A DNA stretch of 32,000 nt from Longivirga aurantiaca (GTDB lineage: Bacteria; Actinomycetota; Actinomycetes; S36-B12; CAIYMF01), in NCBI RefSeq assembly GCF_042660085.1, contig NZ_JBHSTI010000008.1, positions 750,001 to 782,000 on the forward strand. The letters run 5' to 3'. The notes beneath the pieces were generated by a model. That model saw only the letters and a list, made by a program, of their open reading frames with translations, had not been told where the DNA came from and searched no databases. Of this stretch, positions 7,660 through 19,268 are shown in pieces. Numbering within the stretch: position 1 is the stretch's first letter; the number at the start of each line of letters is the position of its first letter. A program made the translations under genes and the position numbers.

Positions 7660-9026
7660 GCGGCAGCAGCGCCGGCGAGATCCTCCTGCAGGACCCGTAC
7701 CACCCCTACGCCGTCCGGTTCCTCGAGCTCGCGGGCGGGCGCGGGCTGCGCGCCGTGTGCCTGTACACCGACGCCGCGGACATGGTGCGCAACATCCGGA
7801 AGTTCCCGGCGCTCGCCGGGCCGCTCGTGTCGGCGAGCTACCTCGTCGAGGGCCGTTCGCTCGAGGACATGGCCGCCCACCTGCGCGGGCACCACAGCAT
7901 CCAGGCAGTCGTGCCCCACATGGAGCCGACCGTCCTGCCTCTGGGGCGGATCGCCGAGCTGCTCGACCTGCCGTGGGCGCAGCCGGGCGTGCTCGAGCGG
8001 TTCCGCGACAAGTTCGCGCTGAAGTCCTACCTCCGCTCGGTGCCCGACGGCCCGCGCATCAACTCGATCGCGTCGGTGACGACGGGCGACGACGTACGCC
8101 GTGCGATCGCGACCGGCGACTTCGCGCGGTTCGTCCTCAAGCCGAACGACGGCTTCGGCAACACCACCATCGGCTTCTTCGACGCCGACGGCGACCCCGC
8201 CGAGCTCGAGCGCTACCTCTCCGACCGGGCGGGTGCCCGGCTGCTCATGGAGGAGTACATCGGCGGCGAGGAGTACTTCGTCGACGGTCAGGTGGACGCC
8301 GATGGCGAGGTGGAGAGCTTCGCCGTGTGGAAGTACCGCCGCCGCGACCTCAACGGCCGCAGGGCCGTCTCGGTGGGCGACATCGCCGTGCCCACGACCG
8401 ACCCCGACTTCGGCGCGATCGTCGACTACACCGCACGCGTGATGCAGGCCTCGGGCCTGCGCAGCAGCCCGTTCCACCTCGAGCTCAAGGTGGACGACGC
8501 CGGCCCCTGCCTGATCGAGGTCGGAGCTCGCCTGGTGGGGGGCGACCTCGCCGAGTTCGACCCGCTGCTGCACGGCTCGCTCGACATGATGGCGGTCGCG
8601 CTGCACTACTACCTGGGCGAGACCGGGCACCTCGAGAGCAACCTCGACTGGGAGCACTACGACCGCAACCGGCTGGGCACGGTCAACGGCATCTCGACCA
8701 CGACGGGCCTGGTCTACGAGATCGACGGCCTGGACGAGGTCGAGGCGCGGCCCGACTTCGTGGCCTGGGCGCAGCGCCCCAGGATCGGCGCCCGGCTGAC
8801 TCCGACGGTCGACCTCCTCAACCGTCCGTGGCGCGCGGTCGTCCGGGTGGGGTCCGACGCCGACTACGACCGGATCGCGTCCGAGCTGCACGCCGGCCTG
8901 CGGCTCAACGACTCCTCGACCGGGGCGAGAAGGCTCGTCCGTCGGGGGCTCGGCTACGGCCCCCTCGTGCGGTCCCGGCTCGAGCGCATGCGACGTCCCC
9001 CCACGTTCGTGGTGCCGCTGCCCTGA
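7656..9026 (+). CDS. Second ATP-grasp domain protein (L-amino-acid-ligase-like architecture), substrate unknown
   Basis: 456 aa. GTG 7656 overlaps the upstream stop (GTGA). Motifs: DKFALKSYL, RFVLKPNDGFGNTTIGFF, ARLLMEEYIGGEEYFVDGQVD, SPFHLELKVDDAGPCLIEVGARLVGG. The rest of the 848-aa track ORF is an out-of-frame read through the upstream gene. Confidence 0.8.
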   Translation: MSGSSAGEILLQDPYHPYAVRFLELAGGRGLRAVCLYTDAADMVRNIRKFPALAGPLVSASYLVEGRSLEDMAAHLRGHHSIQAVVPHMEPTVLPLGRIAELLDLPWAQPGVLERFRDKFALKSYLRSVPDGPRINSIASVTTGDDVRRAIATGDFARFVLKPNDGFGNTTIGFFDADGDPAELERYLSDRAGARLLMEEYIGGEEYFVDGQVDADGEVESFAVWKYRRRDLNGRRAVSVGDIAVPTTDPDFGAIVDYTARVMQASGLRSSPFHLELKVDDAGPCLIEVGARLVGGDLAEFDPLLHGSLDMMAVALHYYLGETGHLESNLDWEHYDRNRLGTVNGISTTTGLVYEIDGLDEVEARPDFVAWAQRPRIGARLTPTVDLLNRPWRAVVRVGSDADYDRIASELHAGLRLNDSSTGARRLVRRGLGYGPLVRSRLERMRRPPTFVVPLP

Positions 9027-9082
9027 CCCGTTCCGGCGGGGCGGTTTCGTCCGGCCGGGGTCGATGGCGCAAGATGGTCTGC

Positions 9083-9096
9083 CCGTCGTACGACGG
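9083..9096. promoter_or_regulatory. Perfect 14-bp palindrome CCGTCGTACGACGG upstream of helD
   Basis: The sequence is self-complementary and lies 21-34 nt upstream of ATG 9117. It has the same CCGnCGTACGnCGG form as 24623-24636. Confidence 0.3.
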
Positions 9097-9116
9097 CACC
9101 GACCGGACGAAGGACC

Positions 9117-11354
9117 ATGCAGGGTCATCCCGACACCGTCGAGGAGCAGGCGCACCTCGACGAGGCCTACAGCAGGCTCGACGCGCTGCGCGCGCTCTCG
9201 CGCGCCCGGCTGGCCTCGACGATGGCGCAGGGCTCGAGCGGCACGCACCAGAACCGTTCCGAGCGCGACTCCTTCGTCTCGATGTACACCGACCGGCTCG
9301 CGGCCCTGGAGTCCGTGGAGGCGCGGCTGCTGTTCGGCCGGCTCGACACCGCCACCGGTCCCACCTGGATCGGGCGCATCGGCCTCACCGACGAGTCGCA
9401 GAAGGTGCTGCAGATCGACTGGCGCGCACCGGCGGCGGCGCCGTTCTACCAGGCGACGGCGGCCAGCCCGCAGGGCGTCGTACGCCGTCGGCACATCACC
9501 ACCGAGGACCGCCGCGTGGTGGGGCTCTCCGACGAGGTGCTCGACCCCGACCTCGTCGACCCGGACGCCGTCGACTCCGGCAGCGACTCCGCGCTGCTCG
9601 CAGCGCTGGGGGCGGCCCGCACCGGTCGCATGGGCGACATCGTGGCCACCATCCAGGCCGAGCAGGACCGCATCATCCGCTCGGGCGCCAAGGGTGCTCT
9701 GGTCGTGCAGGGCGGGCCCGGCACGGGCAAGACGGCCGTGGCCCTGCACCGCGCGGCCTACCTGCTCTACACGCACCGCGACCGGCTCGAGCAGTCCGGC
9801 GTGCTCGTGCTCGGCCCGACGGGCGTCTTCCTGCGCTACGTCGAGGCCGTGCTGCCCTCGCTCGGCGAGACCGGCGTGGTGCTGTCGTCGATCGCCGAGC
9901 TGATCCCCGGCGTCACCCCGACCACGCGCGATCGCGACCACGTCGCGCTCGTGAAGGGCGACTCGGTCATGGTCACGGTGCTCGCGAACGCCGTGCGTGC
10001 CCGTCAGCGCGTGCCGAAGCAGGGCGTCACCATGCGCGTCGGCGACACCGACGTGCACCTGTCGGCCGGCACGATCGCGCAGTCGGGCCGCGAGGCGCGG
10101 CGCGACAACGACACGCACAACGGCGCACGCATCGCGTTCCTCACCCACGCGCTCAACCAGTCGGCCACCCGTCTCGCGCGCAGGCGCAAGCTCGATCCGG
10201 GCGACGCCTACGTGCGCGAGGACCTGCTCGAGGAGCTGCGCGACACCAAGGCCGTCCGCCGCGAGCTCAACCTGCTCTGGATGCCGCTCACGCCGCAGCG
10301 CGTGCTGCGCGACCTCTTCGCCAAGCCCGACGTGCTCGGCGAGGCGGCGGGCGGCCTGCTGACCCGTGACCAGCAGCGCCTGCTGCTGCGCGACGCCGAC
10401 TCCGACTTCACGGTCGACGACGTGCCCCTGCTCGACGAGCTCGCCGAGCTGCTCGGCGACGACGCCGTGGCCAGCACGGCCGACCGGGCCCGCGAGGCGG
10501 CGGCCGAGGCGCGCGCGGCGGCGTACGCGCAGAGCGTGCTCGACGCGACCGAGGGCATGGACGACGGCGGTCTCGACGCGATCGCGTCGATGGTGTCGGG
10601 TGCCGACGTCGCAGCCCGCTACGCCGACACCGGCCCCTCGCTCACGCTGGCCGAGCGGGCGTCGTCCGACCGCGAGTGGGCCTACGGCCACGTGGTGGTC
10701 GACGAGGCGCAGGAGCTCTCGCCGATGGCGTGGCGAGCGGTGGCGCGGCGCTGCCCGTCGCGGTCGATGACGGTGGTCGGAGACCTCGCGCAGACCTCGA
10801 GCGGCTCGGGCGCCCGGTCGTGGGCCGAGGCCCTCGACGAGGTGACGCGCGGCGTCTGGCGCGTCGAGGAGCTCACGATCAACTACCGCACGCCGGCCCG
10901 CATCGCGCGCGTGGCCGACCGCGTGCTGGCCGCGATGGATCGCGACGTCACCGCGCCGACCGCCGTGCGCGAGGGCGACCACGACCCCAGCGACCGTCTG
11001 GTGACCGACCTCCCGGCCGCGGTGCTCGACGTCGTGCGCGGGTACGTCGCCGAGCCCGGCCGCTCGGTCGTCATCGCGCCGCCCGACCTCGTCGCGTCGC
11101 TCTTGGACTCCCTGCGTGAGGCGGGCATCGACGTGGCCGCCGGCGCCCGTGGCCTCGATGCCGCGGTCGGCGTCATGACACCCACGCAGGTGAAGGGCCT
11201 CGAGTTCGACCACGTGCTCGTCGTCGAGCCGGGCGTGGTGGGGGCGGGCGCCAGCGGCCTCGCCGACCTCTACGTGGCGCTCACCCGTGCCACGTCGCGC
11301 CTCGACCTCGTGCGCACCGGCGACCTCCCGCCGTGCCTGCTCGGCGCCTTCTGA
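9117..11354 (+). CDS. helD: HelD/HelR-type RNA-polymerase-associated UvrD-like ATPase (SF1 helicase IV family)
   Basis: 745 aa. The N-terminal coiled-coil and secondary-channel-type region (EQAHLDEAYSRLDALR, RLLFGRLD, WIGRIGL, QIDWRAPAAAPFYQAT, GVVRRRH) is followed by Walker A GGPGTGKTAVALHRAAYLLY, then VVVDEAQELSPMAW and C-terminal VKGLEFDHVLVV. SD GAAGGA lies upstream. Confidence 0.85.
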   Translation: MQGHPDTVEEQAHLDEAYSRLDALRALSRARLASTMAQGSSGTHQNRSERDSFVSMYTDRLAALESVEARLLFGRLDTATGPTWIGRIGLTDESQKVLQIDWRAPAAAPFYQATAASPQGVVRRRHITTEDRRVVGLSDEVLDPDLVDPDAVDSGSDSALLAALGAARTGRMGDIVATIQAEQDRIIRSGAKGALVVQGGPGTGKTAVALHRAAYLLYTHRDRLEQSGVLVLGPTGVFLRYVEAVLPSLGETGVVLSSIAELIPGVTPTTRDRDHVALVKGDSVMVTVLANAVRARQRVPKQGVTMRVGDTDVHLSAGTIAQSGREARRDNDTHNGARIAFLTHALNQSATRLARRRKLDPGDAYVREDLLEELRDTKAVRRELNLLWMPLTPQRVLRDLFAKPDVLGEAAGGLLTRDQQRLLLRDADSDFTVDDVPLLDELAELLGDDAVASTADRAREAAAEARAAAYAQSVLDATEGMDDGGLDAIASMVSGADVAARYADTGPSLTLAERASSDREWAYGHVVVDEAQELSPMAWRAVARRCPSRSMTVVGDLAQTSSGSGARSWAEALDEVTRGVWRVEELTINYRTPARIARVADRVLAAMDRDVTAPTAVREGDHDPSDRLVTDLPAAVLDVVRGYVAEPGRSVVIAPPDLVASLLDSLREAGIDVAAGARGLDAAVGVMTPTQVKGLEFDHVLVVEPGVVGAGASGLADLYVALTRATSRLDLVRTGDLPPCLLGAF

Positions 11355-11355
11355 C

Positions 11356-11405
11356 GATTCGGTAGTGGTTTCTCGCGCCAGGCTGCGAGAAACCACTACC
11401 GAATC
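11356..11405 (+). terminator. Long perfect hairpin (21-bp stem, 8-nt loop) directly after helD; terminator or palindromic element
   Basis: The arm gATTCGGTAGTGGTTTCTCGC (11356-11376) pairs perfectly with GCGAGAAACCACTACCGAATc (11385-11405). The stem is clearly less GC-rich than its surroundings and there is no U-tract. Confidence 0.6.
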
Positions 11406-11468
11406 CGGGCAGGTCACGATCCGGCGACCGGCACGGCGTCCGGCCCTGAGGGCTGCTGCACTCGGGCC

Positions 11469-11981
11469 ATGGGGGACCAGCGCGCGCGCCGTCGTCGTAC
11501 GGCGGGGTCGCTCGCCTTCGTCGTCCTCGTGACCAGCCTCGTCACGGGCCTCTTCGTGCCCGCGGCCCGCGCGAGCTGTGCAGGACCGACCATCGCGGTC
11601 GGTCCGGCCGGGACGAGCCCGTCGCCGAGCGTGGCCGGAACGGCGTCCACGGAGTCCGTGCTCGACGCGGCCGCTGGCGAGGCGCTCTCGGTCACCGGCA
11701 CGTACTTCCTCGACGGCTGCGACGACACCGTGTCGTGCTCGGCCGGGTGCGGCGGCTGCCAGAGCGCGTACCCGGCCGGGCCGTTGGAGGACGTGCAGCT
11801 CGTGCTCGTCACCTCGGCGGGGGAGACGGTGCTCGGCGAGCAGGACGCCGAGGGGGATGCCGGCGAGATCCGGTGGGACGTGGCCGTCCCGTCCGGGGCT
11901 CCACCGGGCCCGGCGACGCTCGAGGCGCGGCACGCGCAGTACACGGACCCGCTGGTGCGCGTGCCGATCACCCTCACCTGA
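11469..11981 (+). CDS. Secreted Cys-rich protein of unknown function
   Basis: 170 aa. It has a basic N-region (RARRRRT), a hydrophobic core and an ARA-S cleavage-like site. The mature part has 6 Cys, including GCDDTVSCSAGCGGCQ. GC3 is high. Confidence 0.6.
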   Translation: MGDQRARRRRTAGSLAFVVLVTSLVTGLFVPAARASCAGPTIAVGPAGTSPSPSVAGTASTESVLDAAAGEALSVTGTYFLDGCDDTVSCSAGCGGCQSAYPAGPLEDVQLVLVTSAGETVLGEQDAEGDAGEIRWDVAVPSGAPPGPATLEARHAQYTDPLVRVPITLT

Positions 11982-11982
11982 A

Positions 11983-11999
11983 TCTTGACTAGGTCCAGA
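11983..11999. promoter_or_regulatory. Imperfect inverted repeat TCTTGAC-tag-GTCCAGA overlapping -35 TTGACT; candidate FurA operator and furA promoter
   Basis: The 7-3-7 repeat has one mismatch. TTGACT (11985-11990), a 17-nt spacer, GAGAGT (12008-12013), then 6 nt to GTG 12020 give a leaderless-type geometry. Mycobacterial furA is known to be autoregulated from a promoter immediately upstream. Confidence 0.4.
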
Positions 12000-12019
12000 A
12001 AAGGGTGGAGAGTCGGGGC

Positions 12020-14702
<2,683 letters not shown>

Positions 14703-14713
14703 CCTCCCGCTGA

Positions 14714-14754
14714 ACGAGCAGGGCCCCCGGCGTGATGCCGGGGGCCCTGCTCGT
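14714..14754. terminator. Bidirectional GC-rich hairpin terminator between convergent katG and glgB
   Basis: The 18-bp perfect stem (aacGAGCAGGGCCCCCGGC / GCCGGGGGCCCTGCTCgt) has a 5-nt loop (gtgat) and fills the 63-nt convergent gap. Confidence 0.75.
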
Positions 14755-14765
14755 CGCTGACCGGG

Positions 14766-17033
<2,268 letters not shown>

Positions 17034-17034
17034 G

Positions 17035-19155
17035 TCACACCGCTCCGGCTCGGACATGGATCACGTGGGCCACCTGGACGTGCGGGTCGAGGCGGACGTA
17101 CGGGTGCTGGCCCCACACGTACGTGGCACCACTGATGAGGTCGCGCGCTGCGAACTGGTCGCCCCAGCCGAGGCCGAGGGCGGGCAGGTCGAGCGAGAGC
17201 ACGCCCTCGCGCACACCGTACGGGTCCAGCGTGCACACCACGAGCACGACGTCGTCGCCCTCGCGCTTGCTGTAGACGACGAGCTTGTCGTTGTCGCAGT
17301 GGTGGAAGTGCAGGTTGCGCAGCCGTCGCAGCGACGGGTGCGAGCTGCGCAGCGCGTTGAGCTGCCCGAGGTACGGCGCGAGCGTGACGCCGGAGGCGTC
17401 CGCGGCCGCCCAGTCGCGCGGCTTGTACTCGTACTTCTCGGAGTCGAGGTACTCCTCGCGCCCGGGCGCGACCGGCACGTGCTCGTAGAGCTCGAACCCG
17501 GCGTACACGCCCCAGGTGGGCGAGAGCGTGGCGGCCAGGGTCGCGCGGATCGCGAAGGCCGGCGGTCCGCCGTACTGCAGGAACGTGGGGAGGATGTCGG
17601 GCGTGTTGACGAACGCGTTCGGCCGCATCGAGGCGGCGAGCGGGCCCGACAGCTCGCGGAAGTACTCCTCGATCTCCCACTTGTCGTTGCGCCACGTGAA
17701 GTAGGTGTACGACTGCTGGAAGCCGACCTCGCCGAGCAGCTTCATCATCGCGGGCTTGGTGAACGCCTCCGCCAGGAAGATGACGTCCGGATCGGTGGCG
17801 TTGATGCTGCCGAACAGCCGCTCCCAGAAGTGCACGGGCTTGGTGTGCGGGTTGTCGACGCGGAAGATGCGGACGCCCTCGGCCATCCAGTGCCGCAGGA
17901 TGCGGTCGCACTCGGCCAGGATGCCGTCGAAGTCGTCGTCGAAGTAGACGGGGTAGATGTCCTGGTACTTCTTGGGCGGGTTCTCGGCGTACGCGATCGT
18001 GCCGTCGGCGCGGTGCGCGAACCAGTTCGGGTGCTCGGTGACCCACGGGTGGTCCGGGGAGCACTGGAGGGCGAAGTCGAGGGCGATCTCGATGCCGAGC
18101 TCGGCGGCGCGGCCGACGAAGTAGCGGAAGTCGTCGATCGTGCCGAGGTCCGGGTGGATCGCGTCGTGGCCGCCTGCGGCCGAGCCGATGCCCCACGGCA
18201 CGCCGGGGTCGTCCGGGCCCGGGTCGAGGGTGTTGTTGCGGCCCTTGCGGTTGGTGAACCCGACCGGGTGGATCGGCGGCAGGTAGAGGACGTCGAAGCC
18301 CATCGCCGCCACGGCCGGCAGCCGCTCGGCCGCCGTACGGAACGTGCCGGACCGCACCGGGTCGAGGGTGGCCCCCTCCGAGCGCGGGAAGAACTCGTAC
18401 CAGGAGCCGAAGAGCGCGCGCTCGCGCTCGACGAGCACGGGCACCTGCGTCGAGGGGGTGACGTGCTCGCGCAGGGGGTAGGCCTCGAGCAGCGCGGTGA
18501 CCGTGGGGTCGAGCGCGACGGCGAGGCGGGCGGGGCCGGGGCGCTCCGCGTCGCGCAGCGCGTGGACGGCGGCCTTGAGCGGGTCGCGCACCTTGCCGCG
18601 CGGGAGGCCCGCCATCGCCGTCTCGAGGACCCGGGCGCCCTCCTCGAGCTCGAGCTCGACGTCGAGACCCGCGGGCACCTTCACCTCGGCGCGGTGCCGC
18701 CAGGTCTCGACCGGGTCGCCCCAGGCCTCCACGACGTAGTGCCCGAGGCCCTCGGTGGTCGCGGTGACCTCGGCCTCCCACCGGTCGACCCCCACGTGGC
18801 GCATGGGGACGGCGGCGCTCGAGCCGTCGGCGCCGGTGAGCACCAGGGTGGCGGCGACGGCGTCGTGGCCCTCGCGGAAGACGGTGGCCCGCACGGTGAG
18901 GCGCTCGCCGACCACGGCCTTGACCGGGCGGGTGCCGAGCGCGACGACCGGGTCGAGGTCCTCGACGGGGTAGCGGCCGACGCTGGCGGGGCGCAGCGGC
19001 GCGGCCGGAGCCGCCGGGGCGGCGGCCTTCCCGGGTGCCTGGGCGCCCTTGGCGGCGGGTCTCGGGCGCGCGGCGGGCGTGCTCGTACGGTCAGGGGCGC
19101 TGGGAGACGTCGACTTCTGGGGTTCTCCGGTCGACGTACGACGGCGAGGCGGCAT
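17035..19155 (-). CDS. glgE: Alpha-1,4-glucan:maltose-1-phosphate maltosyltransferase GlgE
   Basis: Blocks [64 protein letters not shown] are typical of GlgE. I chose start ATG 19155 because the codons between 19188 and 19156 have poor GC3. Confidence 0.95.
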   Translation of the reverse strand: MPPRRRTSTGEPQKSTSPSAPDRTSTPAARPRPAAKGAQAPGKAAAPAAPAAPLRPASVGRYPVEDLDPVVALGTRPVKAVVGERLTVRATVFREGHDAVAATLVLTGADGSSAAVPMRHVGVDRWEAEVTATTEGLGHYVVEAWGDPVETWRHRAEVKVPAGLDVELELEEGARVLETAMAGLPRGKVRDPLKAAVHALRDAERPGPARLAVALDPTVTALLEAYPLREHVTPSTQVPVLVERERALFGSWYEFFPRSEGATLDPVRSGTFRTAAERLPAVAAMGFDVLYLPPIHPVGFTNRKGRNNTLDPGPDDPGVPWGIGSAAGGHDAIHPDLGTIDDFRYFVGRAAELGIEIALDFALQCSPDHPWVTEHPNWFAHRADGTIAYAENPPKKYQDIYPVYFDDDFDGILAECDRILRHWMAEGVRIFRVDNPHTKPVHFWERLFGSINATDPDVIFLAEAFTKPAMMKLLGEVGFQQSYTYFTWRNDKWEIEEYFRELSGPLAASMRPNAFVNTPDILPTFLQYGGPPAFAIRATLAATLSPTWGVYAGFELYEHVPVAPGREEYLDSEKYEYKPRDWAAADASGVTLAPYLGQLNALRSSHPSLRRLRNLHFHHCDNDKLVVYSKREGDDVVLVVCTLDPYGVREGVLSLDLPALGLGWGDQFAARDLISGATYVWGQHPYVRLDPHVQVAHVIHVRAGAV

Positions 19156-19268
19156 CACTCTGAGCCTAGCGACGTAACAGGACGTCACGAGATGTAAACC
19201 TCATGAACCCCCTTGTAACGGCAGGGCGGGTTGCCTCCTCGTAACAAAACCGCCCTATCGTGGAGCGG

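Noticed and set aside
6301-9116. Graspetide/microviridin-type RiPP cluster (two ATP-grasp ligases, with a GNAT elsewhere in the window)
   Set aside because: I found no short precursor-peptide ORF upstream, between or downstream of the ligase genes. Both proteins (406 and 456 aa) are larger than MdnB/MdnC-type ligases as I remember them. The GNAT is 17 kb away in an unrelated context.
7407-11933. 1508-aa ORF on the minus strand, the longest in the track
   Set aside because: It runs antisense to the ATP-grasp 2, helD and secreted-protein genes. Its translation is Arg/Ala/Gly/Pro/His-rich low-complexity sequence with no recognisable domain. This is typical of open off-frames in very GC-rich DNA, and the plus-strand genes carry clear family motifs.
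19156-19188. GTG 19188 as the glgE start (track ORF start)
   Set aside because: The eleven codons between 19188 and ATG 19155 (tgt, tac, gct, agg, aga and others) have poor GC3 compared with the gene body and overlap the low-GC regulatory region. I prefer ATG 19155.
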